A stretch of 52,076 nt of DNA from Sphaeroforma arctica JP610 (GCF_001186125.1 NW_014040404.1:1-52076), one strand, 5' to 3'; counted from the first letter of the stretch, positions 1 through 13,971 are shown. Program-made: numbers and translations. Notes: generated by a model from the letters alone, not told the origin.

Positions 1-75
1 ATTATATATATNTATATATATAGTATATATATATATATATATATAGTTATTATATATATATATATATATACATAT

Positions 76-112
<37 letters not shown>

Positions 113-260
113 GTGCAAGAAAAATACTTTACTAGTTCATAGATCGGTTTCGCTTGCCAATTTGCTGTCCAAAGCTTCCCTGTGCGCGATTTCAACATCA
201 TAACTCGGTCTCCAGCATTTTTTTTTCTGAATACGTATATACATATATATATATGATTAC

Positions 261-1243
261 CTTTTTTCACTTTGTGTTTCTTGCCATTCACCACTGCGTT
301 CCCAAGAGGTGTTTCATCGTCGCTGATAGTTATCACGTCGTTTGCATTATTACGATTAGCTATCACCGTTGCCTCTGTGTCATATGATCGGACAGAAATA
401 TATGATTTACACTCAAAATATCAATAATAATAAAATGTTTCAAACTCTCAATTTCATACGAAAAAATGGGATCGTTGAACCTACGAGAAGCCACTTTAGC
501 AGTCGATGGGATAGAATTATGCTAATGAAGTGATATAAAGCAGGCATTTTGGAGTTTGATCTAATTTTATACTAACAACTGTAAGCGAAAACAGATTTCC
601 GATTCAATACAATAAATACTCGTAAAGACTACGAGGTAAACTCACCCATAACTACACCAATCACGCAGCCCCTGGCGCTTTAAATTTCGACTAAACATTC
701 ATACGTATGGCACTTAAACACACTTAAACTTATACGTACGTAATATTATAGTCAAAAATGTTTGTGCACCCGTACTTCGTATCGATTGTGAACATAGCCA
801 CACTCATAGCTTAACGGTAAGCAACCTTAATGTCGAGCACTGTCCATCGCGCACATACCACTCGTACAGTAAGGGTACATATGTTTACACTGTCATTTAT
901 ACCCACCACCAAATGATATATATATGTAACCACACACATACATATAGGTAAATATAAATATAAACACATATATATATNNNNNNNNNNNNNNNNNNNNNNN
1001 NNNNNNNNNNNNNNNNNNNNNNNNNNNNNNNNNNNNNNNNNNNNNNNNNNNNNNNNNNNNNNNNNNNNNNNNNNNNNNNNNNNNNNNNNNNNNNNNNNNN
1101 NNNNNNNNNNNNNNNNNNNNNNNNNNNNNNNNNNNNNNNNNNNNNNNNNNNNNNNNNNNNNNNNNNNNNNNNNNNNNNNNNNNNNNNNNNNNNNNNNNNN
1201 NNNNNNNNNNNNNNNNNNNNNNNNTGTGTGTGTGTGTGTGTGT

Positions 1244-1284
<41 letters not shown>

Positions 1285-4103
1285 TGTGTGTGTGTGTGTG
1301 TGCTGTGTGTGTGTGTGTGCTGACATCCAGTTATCGATACTGGTCTACCTGCTTTGATGTCTTCCACAGCATCCGGCATCTCTGGGGCAGGCGAGGGCGC
1401 TTGGCTCTTTGTAGTTGGGACTATGTGCACTCCGGTCACCACAGTAGCTTGTCTGTAGTGTGAGGTATATATCATGTATGTGTTAAAAGTTCCTCAATCA
1501 GCATAAAAAAATTTAACACAACGAATACAGTTGCCTTTTTAGGTCTTGGTATAAAGTGAAGATATTGTGGTTAACTTGGCTCCCACTGGGCGGCCATGTT
1601 GTGAAACACTATATAGTTGTATATACAACTTTTGACTGGAAATGTAGAGCGCATTTATGCTTTGAGACAATCTGCAAGTCGCCAACGTTGCGAACTATTC
1701 GTTCAACTGCTAAAGATATTGCACGATATAGCGCACCTATCAGGGTCCCCCTAAACCTGTGCATGGTTTAACATATCGCTTATATCCAGCGAAGTCGAGT
1801 AGCTCACAGACTGTACAGCATTCAAACCACTCACAGAAGAGACAACAATTGCGAAGCCTGCACGAGTATACAGATATACAGAAAAGCATGCGACACATAC
1901 AGTGACTTGGCGCCGGGTGCTCTGTACTGGACCTTCTCGTCCACGCACAGCTCTCGCTTGTACCTGTTGTACACCATATCCACTACAGACTCGATATTCC
2001 CCACAGCTGCAAAGAGGGTAGTTGAAATCGGGTTGAGGGTTCGGGGCCGACGGATAGGGTGTGTAGGGGTTTTACGGTATACTGTAGAGTTTGTACGAGC
2101 TTGCATCTAATACTCAATGATGGAGCCCGAGCTTTATGTGGCGAGTACTTACCTGTGACGCCTGAATTCCAGCATTTTGTTGATATGTACATCCGATTCA
2201 AACGCGTATGAGGGCGAATGTGTCCTTGATCAAAATACAAGTATGTTTGTGCCTGTCCGATAGTTGCAAGCGTACGTATTCGATTGGATAGTCTGACAGA
2301 GGTGTATTTTCAAGGCAACACATCGCTCAAGCTGTACAGTGTACATATATGGTATAGTGTATCGCTCACGCTACGCAATATATGCCTTCTATATAGAAGC
2401 AATCCGTGGATGTGTGTTGAAAGCTACCATGTGGGAAACTTACAATGTGGAAGAATGACTCCAGGCGAAAGGCACTGACAGTAAATTACAGGAAAGGGCA
2501 AACTGTGGCAATAGAAGACGACATTTTCATGTTGTCAAACGGAGATATTGAAAATATCTTTGGCCCTGTCCAGCTACCAGCATAGACATATTAAGGTAAA
2601 ATTGACTGTAAAGCATGCATGCTGGATACTATCATTGTATGAATATTATTCTGCAAGGTGATTGCACTTCCCAACCACTGTTTTATAGTGCTACGAAGGA
2701 TCTATGGATACAGAGTGTTGAAAGGCGCTTGAGGGAAGCCAATATATACATAGAGATGAGTGCATGACAGAAGAATGAACGTCGCCATGCGCTCGATGAG
2801 AGCCAATACATTTATGAAACATCCGGTACCTACCATGGTGTACTGCTTCCAGCACAGGTTTGAGGTGAGTCTCCGGAAATTGGTTGAGTTTCTCGGCCGC
2901 CACTCGCTCATTTTCCAATGCTTCCTCGTACGAAAAACCCTGTGAGATTGTTGAAGTAAAGGTGCATGAATATATAGAGATGGGTTGATTGGAAGGACGG
3001 AGAATATTGAGATGGTAGACTGTGCTTAAAATTGCCAGTTTTAAGCGCTAAAAAATGCAGGCGCTAACTACTATCAATGGAACACACCTTAGGTACGTTG
3101 TTGTATGTAAAATAACAACAAAGCGAAGTACACATATTGCGACTCACTCATCACTCGATAAAATCTTCTCACAGCTGGCACAGCGAAAATACAAACAATT
3201 CGAACCGTGTCAAGCTTGAGACGCAACGAAATAGGAAAGCAACCAGCGGAATTGCAGACATACCGTTTTCCCAGTGAGAGCACATGTCCACTGACCACAC
3301 ATGTATTCGTACACGCGCTCTAGATAAGCCCTGCAATAAATTTTGAAATGGAAGAACAGAACTAAATCAGGAACAGATAAACGGTACATCCTTCAAGAAT
3401 GGTGGCATACGTAGTACTTCGCCACACGAGGAAGTGATCTGAATTATCCAAATATGCTCGGACGTGAATGATGTACGCAAATATAGTAGGTAGTGGTTTG
3501 AAGTTCGCAAATAAATCAGAACGAGAGCTGAATCATCTCAGGCACAATAAGTCGTACATACATATATAGTAGGACCCGTAATGCTCTCTTAGCGTCGTTG
3601 TACTAAAATAATACACCAGGCTATCGTTAGAGATGAGTTTGTACAGATAAAATACACATGTCTCAAGCTTGCATGCGCTTTAAGCAGACTCAGCTATGCG
3701 TCATAAGATGAGGGGAATACATTTAAGAATTTAAGAAAAAAGGTAAAGAATATAATACAAATAAAATACTGTAAGATCTGCCTCTACATGTTGACTTATC
3801 GTATGTTTTGGGTACAGTCTAATAAATAGCAGCGTATATTCACTATTCATGACCAATAAAACATATCATAAACAGTCCATCTAGCAGATCATATGCAACA
3901 TATAATCATATTACTAGTACATGTACTTGGTAAGCAATTCGTAAGTGATTGATTGAGCATAGCTAACTTACTCAATAGACACTCAGTTTACTGACATATA
4001 TATATATAGGTACGTATGTGTGTATTTTTGTATGTAAATATATATGTATCAATGTATCAATGTATGTATGTATGTATGTATTTATGTATATATGTATACA
4101 TAA

Positions 4104-4134
<31 letters not shown>

Positions 4135-4186
4135 AGCATATATATCCTTGTNNNNNNNNNNNNNNNNNNNNTATATATATATATAG

Positions 4187-4238
<52 letters not shown>

Positions 4239-4356
4239 CATACTCGTAATCGACGAAGACCTCTCCAGTAAATTTAATGCAGTAGACCATCTGCTCGTCA
4301 GGGATATCGGTGGGCATGGGCAGCAGATCCCACTTCGTCCGTTTAAGTAGTGGCAT
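261..4356 (-). CDS. BAZ1A: ACF1/BAZ1A(ITC1)-like ISWI-complex subunit, N-terminal part with WAC domain; gene continues past the window start
   Basis: Phase-consistent GT-AG exons 4356-4244, 3330-3264, 2939-2834, 2006-1901, 1452-1349, 374-261 give MPLLKRTKWDLLPMPTDIPDEQMVYCIKFTGEVFVDYEAYLERVYEYMCGQWTCALTGKTGFSYEEALENERVAAEKLNQFPETHLKPVLEAVHHAVGNIESVVDMVYNRYK..., matching the WAC signature (MPLL..., T-GEvF-DYe, W-C--TG--gltY-EAl-sE). Only the WAC region is visible, so BAZ1A vs BAZ1B is not resolved. Confidence 0.88.
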
Positions 4357-5276
4357 GTTGATGTTATATGCTATATAATCCTTACTATTCCAGGTAGCGT
4401 TAATAGAAATATGCCTTTGTGTGAGTATGTATGAAACTCTTGAAATTCTTGAAATTCTACCGGTTCATTCAGTGGTTGTTGTAGGGGCATGTATGTTATG
4501 ATATCGATCGCCAAATCAGCTGGAACGCTATTGAACACAACAGACCCAACTGACACGGTAGTCTGTACTATCGTGTGCTTATACACAGTGTACGTAGCTA
4601 ATAGTCACCTATCCAATGTGCAATCTGACGACAAGCTTGATACTCAATAACCGGACTACCACTGACGTGTGCGTGAAATTGATCAGGCACGTTTGTTTCG
4701 TGTGTGTGAGTGATGTGATGAGTTTTGTGCCTCTCGTTGTCCCTTAAAAATGCCGAGGAATTCACCCCCGCCCCACCTGACAGCACAAACTGTACACATT
4801 CGAATATTGGACCAAAAGGTGTCGGGAATGTCAAAAATCCAAAAACCCGCCCGATTCAATCGACGATCTATTTTTAATTGCAAGGAATTTTAGCGGGATA
4901 ATTTGTCGGTGATGATATACTGCGGCGAGAAAAGCACACGTGAGTATATAACGCATACACCGCAGTAAATATATATGTATGTTTTTATAAATATATGTTC
5001 ACATAAGCCATAGGTTTTTGACTTGTAGTGTGTTGTGTACAGGATCAAATATCTACGTATGCTCGTGAGTGTGTGCAAGCGCTGGTAATATTTATAATAG
5101 CTCGTATGTGTCAGTGCAGCTAGGCTGTTTTGGAAACCAATACCGTACGCAGTAGGACCACTACTCGAGTAATATGAATAAAATCTTTATCAGCGCGGCC
5201 ATACTGTAGTCGTTTCCTAATAAATAAAGACACGTGTATTAATCACATCATTACCACATATCGTGGAGATAAGCGT
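4357..5276. promoter_or_regulatory. Probable bidirectional promoter between the WAC gene and the NEPRO-like gene
   Basis: Divergent start codons ~0.9 kb apart. GC-box-like CCCCGCCCC near 4766; CACGTG at 4937 and 5231. Confidence 0.5.
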
Positions 5277-8200
5277 ATGAATAAAGCACAACAACGAGAT
5301 CTGCGTCGTCAGCACAAGTACACTATGTCGTGTTGGAATGTGAAGGATAGTATCCTTGAAAAGCCACTGATCGAGACCCAAAAGCGAACTTTTAGGAATC
5401 CAGGTGTGCATATGTTTGTACTTCTGCTTGTCAGTTCCCATTTAACGGTGACAGATGCAAAAGGTACTCACGCCTGTGTGTTTTTTCTAGTCTGAATCAG
5501 TGGATCGGTGCTACTCTTTGCTTTACTTGCCATAAAGATGTGTATACTCACTATACCTAGATCTAAAATTTAGCATTGCTCCACCATAACAAGTCTATAT
5601 AGAGTTTATTCATCGTGCCAGTGTCCATTTTCTGCCGATATACGTCTGGATTATCTACGATGTCGTATTGATCACGTCTTGAATTTGATACCACCATTAT
5701 ATTTATCAAGTTTATGTTGCTATATACACTGCTGTATGCTATATTATGGCTTGTGCCAAATCTGTCTGGTTGCAATAAGCAATCACGTGTCTGTCAGTAG
5801 ACTTTCCCACTAAGTAAACTTTCATATTCTCACGTATACGCAGTTATTTCCTATATAAAATGTGTAAATGCGAAAAGTCCAAGTCTCTCTAGAGAACCGA
5901 TAGACTAGATATTCTTCGGCCTGTACCGTGTAGGGGATATAGTTGACCGCAATTGCACCCGAACCTGTATATCTGCATTTACACAGAGCGTTTTTAATTG
6001 GATTATGATCTCAGTCTAGATCTTTGTCTTGAACTTTCCATATTTGGTTTTCAATTTGTTTGGATAGTATCAATGTACACTGATATGTTCAATAAGTGTC
6101 ATAGCGCTGAGTGTGTGTATGTTTGTACATGTCGTACTCCATCCTTTTCTACCCCTCTAAATATGCTCGGCATGGTTTTACCTCATGAAGACTTGGTAGT
6201 CACTGTTCGTTGCAGAGATATTATCTAGAATCGACCCGACTAATGTGTGCATACTCCTACACCTTTGTACTAGATGCTAAATCGAAGTGACCTCAACCCC
6301 TGTCTTCCTTGATACCCTCTTGGCCTGAATCTTCAAGAATACACTCTACTCTTAACCTCATTAATGACATTCCCGCCAATCTGATTGATACCATTTTTCC
6401 TGATCGGTCTGATCGATACCTACCACCTTAACCCCTTTGTATCCCCCTCATATCTACACCTTTGCTTCTTGTTCTCGTGAGCAGGAGAAGTGATGGATGC
6501 TGTGCGACGTTTGGCCAACACAGTCAAACACCTGCGACGCACCCTACCCATCACTGAGGAGGTGTCTGTGTTTCAACGGCTCATAAGGCGAAATAAGAAA
6601 CAACAAAAGCACAGCATGTTCTACGCCAAACTGGCCCAGGTGTGTGCGTAGCTGAAGATGTTATAGGGTGTGTTTCTTCGTCATCGCCAGTAGTTGTATC
6701 ATCCGAGTGCGTGTTTATCTATTGGGTTCACTGGAGTGATTTTTTTATCTATGGAATGATATGCTGTACGATAGGCTGTATTTATTCATTGCCAGGCATG
6801 ATTTTATCTACATACGTCTATTCGTCTTCAAGTGACTGCGATTGATGGTGGCTCTATCGTTAATACTATATGTATGTGCAGCAACTGGCCCCTCATCATT
6901 GTATGCCCCAATACACGACTGCTTCACACAAAACAACCAACGGATACATGCCTCTACAAAATCATAGAGCCAGGATATTCACACCCGGTTCACCCTTGTG
7001 ATATTCTACAATCAGATCTCCCGGCTGCTTAAGACGATGCAAAGCTACGACTGCGCACCCGCACTCTCGGCCATGATGGCAGAAGTTCCAAGGTACATTC
7101 GCAATGTGTGGTGTCACTCGCCATGCCACATATGTCTTAATTATATCAACTTGGTTTTCTGTTGTTTCAACCTGGTTTCCCCAATTTACGGGAGGTCTCG
7201 GAGGTTTTTAGACAGTTATTCCGCTTGTATTTTGCACGACATGACTGCTTTAATGCTCTTTAACCGGGCGAGATTGATTTGGCGACGTACTGTACCTGCA
7301 GTGAGATACACAGCGACACACTTTATATACTTCCTTGTATTGACCTCTCGTAACATACATCATTATATTAGATTCTAACAATATTTCTATACATATGCTG
7401 CATCATCGGTGAACCGATTGTCTGTGCAAATGAGTTATGTACGTATACTCTGCAGGTAATGAGCTTTGATCTCAGCTTGTACAGAGGGCGATCTAGATTG
7501 ACAAGAGTGTTTCTAGTCACAATTCTTCATCACAAAAAAATACACACCCTGCCACATCAAACACCTACCAATCCTCTTACAAACCCCATCTTCTCGTTTC
7601 AGTATCAAGCAGATGCGAGATGCGACGGCCAAGACAGCCATGTCTCTGCCTACACGCACCACTGTAGAGAGGATCGATGCACGGGTGACAGCTGAGGCAC
7701 ATGTGTGCAACGAGGTAGAGTGATGTTTACATACACGTTTGTATTGTAGAGACTTACGTACGTGTTGTCATGGTAGATTATGCTTGCTATTCGTGCCTAT
7801 GCATGTGCGTGTGTACAGACCGTGGTGTGTTTTGTCATGAGCGCGAGTGCCCACGCGTGACACCTAGAAAAGACTAGTACACGCTGCACTGTGAAGATAC
7901 GTGGGTGTAGCAAAGCATGTTTACTTGAGTGTAAGCACGCATGGGTATATTCGCATGCTGCCACAAATGTAGCACTCTTCTGGTGAAACAGGTGCAGGTG
8001 GATACGTTTTAAGATGTGCATACATACACTCAGTAGCGTATCTGACCCGTCCATCCCAATGCTTTCTTCTTCAACAGTGCCCGTGTCCGATATATTGATG
8101 TGTGGACTTATTTTTGCCGGTATTATCTTCTGTCCCGTCCATCACAATGCTTTCTTCTTCAACAGTGCCCGTGTCCGATTTATTGATGTGTGGACTTATT

Positions 8201-10448
8201 TTTGCCGGTATTATGTGCGCTTTAGATTTTGCACACCTGTATAGACTAGCGTTACACTCAAGCTGTAGCTTGGTATAAGCTGTACAGCCTTGGTCTCATA
8301 TTCAACTACAATACTGTACGGACAACAATGCTATGTGGCTAGCCAGAATTTTTGAAGTTGTTCGCATCCTCCCTCATGTCAACCTCGTAAATTTTTCTGG
8401 ACCATATTGATATATTGTTTTTTTTTGTCCTTCGTATCAGGTCATCAGCCGTATCGTCAACGCTGCTGGGTAGGTTATTCCGCGTCTGCTAATATGAGTC
8501 ATGATTGAAACACAAGTGGGACTCCTGTTTTGTTTGTAATACATTGTCTATCTCCCCGTTGTAAACTCAGTTTTATCTTTCAAGTCGTTAAATATGCTTT
8601 TGCTTGCCTGTCTCAATGTCAGGTGTTTCGTATTTTCCGTTCTGTTTAAGGCTGGCTCGTATAGCCCGTATAGTGTTATCTGTTCCTTTGTACATCTCAT
8701 GTAGACTGGTCTGGTTTAAACTTCAGTTATGTCTCCATGCGAAAGTAGTGGGGTTCCGGACGCCAGTACTGATCTACAAGTGTAGTTTAAGGGGGGCCTT
8801 CCGATTCGATACATGATTGCACATGCTTGTAGTGAGCCAAACATTCGTTTCAAACTGAAGATGAAGATCACATGTGAGCTTATTGTATGTAGGTAAATGA
8901 TGCCATATCTTGTTCTGTGTGGTCGCACAATTCCAGAGACCGGCGTTTGTAGTTTATTTTGCAATGGTACAAATTATAAATTTATACAAACGAAATCTGG
9001 AGCTTGTTTGTGCTTTGATGCTGCTGTTTGCCCACACGCCCACTCTTCGTATATATATCTGTTTTGTAACCTGCTCCTCAAAGTGCTCGAGTTAAACATT
9101 ATTCCGGACCACGTATCACAATTCTCCAAGGTTGTGTACAAAATACGTACATATTTATTTACATATAACGAAATAAGGATTTGGTCATACAGCACACATA
9201 TGCCTCAAAATACGCCTCAAAATACGTATGCCTCTACATATACATTACCATGTAATTCGTTTATGTATATATGATTGCTTGTAAGTAGTCAAAAAAAAAA
9301 GCTTTGATTGCTGTGGTGGGATGTTGCTATTATATTCACTCACTCGCCCCGCTTCTCCCAATCACTGTCGCAGGCTACTGCTCAACCAGCTAGCCTCGGC
9401 CGAGTTTCCTGCGCTAAGCATCACCTTCCTGGGTGTCCTTGGTCGCATACGCACCCTCCTCAGCGCTCGTCAGGAAGATCTGATTCAGTGCGTGAGCATT
9501 CTACAGCTACTGTGTGACCCTCCCGGTGAGCCAATCCCCCATATGTCGGCTTCAAAGGAACCAGGTAGTAGGGATGAGTGCCTGTCAATGTGTGTTTGTC
9601 TGTGTGTGCGGGGTATGCGGCGGCTGGTAATGGACAAGGACGATACAGGCACACAGACCAAACCAGCACCAAACTTGAAGCACGGCTCTGTTGTGCGAAC
9701 GGACACGAGTGCAGGCAAGCAAAGCAAGAGCAAGTCACTCACCTCTGGTAGCCAAACAAGCGCCCTCAATATATCAGAAAGGTTGAAACCATCGCAATCT
9801 GTAGACACTGAATATTCGGATGTGGACGGGATGATTGCCATGGATGCGGTTGAAGGTGATAATGATGATACTATCAGCAATATAGCAAGCGACGATGGAG
9901 AGGAGGGTGGGCCGAATCTGATGTTGCCTACAACAGCGGATCGGTTCTGGCTTGGGGGAAAGCTCGAATCACAGACTGATAACCAAGACACTCATGCAGA
10001 CGCAACGGATCGTGTTGTGGATTGTGTGGAGGGTGAAGATTCGTTCCAGGGTGAAAAAGTACAAGATGCAGATCTGATTGTAGATGGGAATTTGCCGAGA
10101 AACAATTTGGACATTGCAGTGAAGCCGGGTAAGAAAGATAAAGCGTTAAATCAGGATAGAAAATCAAGTACGATGAAAATAGGTGAAAGCACTTCGGATG
10201 ATGTTGCGAATGTCGGTAAGAGGAAAAAGAAAAAGAATCGCAAACGAAAACCGCCGATTGAGGAGGAGGAAAAAAGGAGAGGCGTGGATATAAATACTCT
10301 TGTGAGTATTGATAGACGAGACACCGAAAACTTGTATGCAGCTGAGAGTACCGGGATTGTGGCTACTAGAGGAAAGAAAATTAAGAAGATGAAAAGCGTG
10401 GCAAAGCCATCTGGCGATGATATGGATGATATTTTTGGGGACCTCTGA
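5277..10448 (+). CDS. NEPRO: NEPRO/RMP1-like nucleolar protein (RNase MRP subunit, DUF4477)
   Basis: Exons 5277 (or ATG 5325)-5403, 6485-6639, 7016-7092, 7603-7714, 8441-8469, 9374-10448 join in phase. Motifs: N-terminal W-N; EVSVFQRLIRRNKKQQKHSMFYAKLAQISRLLK; LLLNQLASAEFPALSITFLGVLGRIRTLL; a K-rich NLS; C-terminal DDMDDIFGDL. Confidence 0.8.
8046..8214. repeat. Intronic direct duplication, 2 x ~85 bp
   Basis: ccgtccatc(c/a)caatgctttcttcttcaacagtgcccgtgtccgat...tgtggacttatttt(t)gccggtattat occurs twice in tandem. Confidence 0.9.
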
Positions 10449-10756
10449 CGCACCTACCGTAGTGGTGATCTCATATTGTGTTGCCCTAGCAACACAACAG
10501 ATCATACATATGGAGTACACGTGCCGTTGAGTACGTACACTGCCATACACTACATTAAACTGCCATACATACCAAGTTAGCTGCTCCTTTGAGGCCAAGT
10601 GAGTGGCTTATCGGGGACACGTCCGTAACATACGGCAAAAGAACCCGTAGCTACAGAGAGAGCGGCTCCCTTGTTATACATGCACAACATGCATAACATA
10701 TATCTCAAATACCAAGCGATCTGTTTTTCTGAGGCTCATACGCGCATACCTCCTAG

Positions 10757-11432
10757 ATGTACTGCCTGGGATTTGGAACAGACATCTGGGCGATGCAGGG
10801 ATTGCATCTATGAGATGAGCAGATTGACGAGGGTGATGGTGTTGATAATGTAGATGGTAACCTGTATATACCATATAGGTGTAGCTCGCGTGATTGAACC
10901 TACGAGTTGCCTGAATATCAATTCAAGCGACATCAAATGTGAGCACAATCCTAGCATTAAATGCTACCCATACGCAAGGAACGATAAAGATGAGCTCAAC
11001 GCCATCAATGTTCTGGGCAAGCAGAACTTCGGTATACTCATCAACAGCACACGCGTAAGCGTGGCACGGACACGCTTGTACACAGACGTGCAATGCACAC
11101 GGGGGTATACTGTACAATCAATGTTACATATGACATAATCGCAATCTTATGATTTGTGATATCGTAGTACAACTTTCTTTCAGCGTTACAAGCTGCCTGT
11201 TAGAAACCTATCTCGCGCTCTCGGTGACCTTGTAACCAAAGCCTGCGCGGAGTATACAACACTTAAACGGTAACACACCCTAAACTTCCCATGCTGTGAT
11301 ACGTGGTCCACCTATCGGAAATTGATTGTACTCGCTCATTTGATTGTATGTGCAGATTTATTTCTTATCTTACATAGTTGTTCAGAGGCTAAACTCACAG
11401 ACTGTAGCGTCCCGTATTGCGAACATAAATAG
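10757..11432 (+). pseudogene. Orphan spliced gene or gene fragment of unknown family, possibly pseudogenised
   Basis: Exons 10879-11054, 11184-11269, 11378-11432 have canonical splice sites and join in phase to a TAG stop (GVARVIEPT...NFGILINSTRRYKLPVRNLSRALGDLVTKACAEYTTLKRCSEAKLTDCSVPYCEHK*). The putative upstream exon 10757-10832 has an in-frame TGA. Confidence 0.4.
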
Positions 11433-11455
11433 AGCAGTTCCTCTGTAAATGTTCA

Positions 11456-13971
11456 CTATTGTTCGCCGTTCGCAGTGCCACTGACGGCTGAACCGTGCTG
11501 TGAGCTGGCGTGTGAGCTCATGTGTGAACTGTTTCTTGAACTGTTATGGCTTGTGTGCATGTCTTGCTCTTGCCCTGATAGCGTGCCGATCTCAATATCC
11601 TTTGGTACGCTTGTACCGGTGACCTGCACTTCGGGTTGACTTTTGTTATTCCATTCCTGTGAAATCAGTGATTTGGATGTTAAGTATGTTGCTCTCGTGT
11701 TGCTGTTAGTTGCATATATAGTGTATGTGCTAAATACAATATTTATATATCAAGAATATAAATGGCGGTGTAGAAATATATTAGGCGCGTTGGATTGCGA
11801 TAAACAATGAAGTAGTGTGGTTTTCACAATCCAGATGGTAGCAAATAGATTAGCGAAGAAGACTTAATTTTCACTACAATACAGTGACAGCCAGCCATAT
11901 AGTTATTGGACACAGTCACCTATGAGATTAGGGTCTGAATATCCGGGTTGCACCGAACCTCCGAATTTAATTACAGCGGAATCACGCTTCGTAGAAATGT
12001 CAGCTTGCTATAGATTAATTGCAATAGAACCACAACATACCTTCTGAGCAAATTCCTCCTCGACGGCCTTCTCTATGGCTGTGCGTACGAAAGGAGTCAT
12101 CATAATAAAGTAGTACATAGCTGCCATGAATGCAGTCCATGTTGCAAAATATCCATTGCCGGCGCCAGGGAAGGGTCCGCCAACAGAGGTGTTGAAGCCT
12201 GTACAAGCAACATAATAGTATAGTACTTGAGCTGATGCCTATCTTTTATGTGCCGAGTACTGAGTACCTTATAACTTGGAACGGCGCAGGTTTGTTTACT
12301 ATTGTTTGTAGCGATATTGGCTAATATTCGCATCAAAGACGAGTGCATAGTGTATGTGAATAGGAAGTTATACATTCAGAGTGCATAATTTTATTGCTTG
12401 CATCATCCCTGATGAGCTGGTGATGATATACACCAACTACTGTGTTCTATTTGAGGGCAATGTTAGGAGGCAATCGAATATGAGCTTCGTATATTGGCAG
12501 CGGTATCAACCCTATATGCTATTTTAAAATATTCACTCAATCCACCAATTCAGATTTCACACAAGAAAATTATACAAATGCATTCAACCCATTTCTTAAA
12601 CAACTACATAACTCCCGTGTCGTTCCACAAGATGTCACATATGTGTATGCAGATGTTCAGCCTCAAAGATTAAACGCTTACATAATGAAGAAACGTTCAA
12701 GTTTGTATATTCAATAATACATGCAACGAGTGACAATCTTTGTCAAACAGTGTGTTGTGTAGGGCTTTGGGCACGGATTCCAGTACTCAACAAGTACGAA
12801 CCCGTACAATCAGCCATGCATCAAAAGTTTTGAAATGATTTTGCGAGTGCTTTTGGTGCACATGACATACCAGCTCCAAAAGCCCACCAGACAGTCAAAA
12901 AGCCGCCCAAAATCATGCCAAATCTCTCCTCCATTTGTGATGACATGGCATGGTGTAGGTACAGGCCAATTGCACAAACAACGAATGAAATCACCCCAAC
13001 AGCTACGGCCCAACCTAACCTGTTTGCGCAATTATTACTACGGACGCAGACGTCTGATGCGACGGAGAATTCAATCAGGGATGCAGCACAGCATACCGCA
13101 AGACCGCTGAAAAACGAGCTGACCTTCTTGATCTTATATGCAGTGATCAGGAAGAAGTAGTAGATAGATGCGCCGAATGCAATCCAGACTCCGAAGTACC
13201 CATTACCCAGGCCAGTGTAAGGGCCTCCAGCGCCAGTTGTAAAGGCAACACCGGCAGCCCACCACAACACCAAGAAAATGGCACCATATATCCCAAGACT
13301 CATCATGATGTCTTTCTTCATAAAGTGTAGGAAGAGAATCACCCCGGTTACCATCGTGCTGATAACCCCACATGCAATCGCCCAGGCAACATTCGAATTA
13401 CTGGTGTTGAAAGTATCCGCCGCTACCGCGAAACAGATGATTGAGCCAACAAAGACTAGTGCTAGAGGTCCTACAGGATGCATAATGATTATCTGATGCT
13501 TAACCCCTAACGAAATGTATATATATATATACGCCAGTGGGGAAATGATTCTGTTGACGATGGCAAGCAACTACTTGTACATGTGTTCCATCAGTTTGTG
13601 TAGAAGTCAAGACTTTTAAACACTATCATATGGTTTAACGGACGTGTACGTAGTCTGGAGTTTAGACCGCAACAAATATTCACCAACTCATAATAATATA
13701 AACTTTCTAGTAGTAGCAAGTCGGAGTGTATAATCAGAATACCAACATTTAGATTGGCACGCGATTCTGGTGTGGTGGAAACAAATATATTCAATAAACA
13801 AGAGGCGCGAAGTTTTTTCATGGAGGTACACCAGAAAGAAAACAACAATAAACATACTCGTACTTTCGAGATAAAATATAGAGCATATTCGGATTGTAAC
13901 ATAATAAGGCGGTCATAAAAAAATCAGAGGGTAATACTCGCAAATCGTGCTGGTCGCGCATCGACACACAT
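11456..13971 (-). CDS. Polytopic membrane protein with two tandem MARVEL-like 4-TM repeats
   Basis: Exons 13470-12871, 12198-12041, 11656-11456 join in phase. The 5' end is either 13971-13938 plus a mini-exon ending at 13743, or ATG 13821-13743. Internal repeats: WAIACGVIS...FLVLWWAAGVAFTTGAGGPYTGLGNGYFGVW and WAVAVGVIS...FLTVWWAFGAGFNTSVGGPFPGAGNGYFATW. Polar C-terminal tail. Confidence 0.8.

Noticed and set aside
130..260. 34-nt micro-intron and next exon of the WAC gene
   Set aside because: Splicing 260-227 gives an early stop. The region has a homopolymer and (TA)n near the window edge, so it cannot be supported.
811..1326. HTHTHT, YIYIYI and CVCVCV ORFs here and throughout (e.g. 3972-4350, 30830-31113, 34597-34918, 42139-42655, 50289-50848)
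   Set aside because: These are translations of intronic dinucleotide microsatellites and N-gaps, not proteins.
9460..10598. Antisense ORFs over the NEPRO last exon (and similar ones over 48190-49214)
   Set aside because: Shadow ORFs of real coding sequence with no recognisable motifs.
11453..11458. Genome-wide TAG reassignment, suggested by the LONRF in-frame TAG and a TAG-TGA tandem stop here
   Set aside because: No other in-frame TAG was found in the conserved exons, and TAG appears to be the true stop of the DUF1336 gene at 50145-50143.
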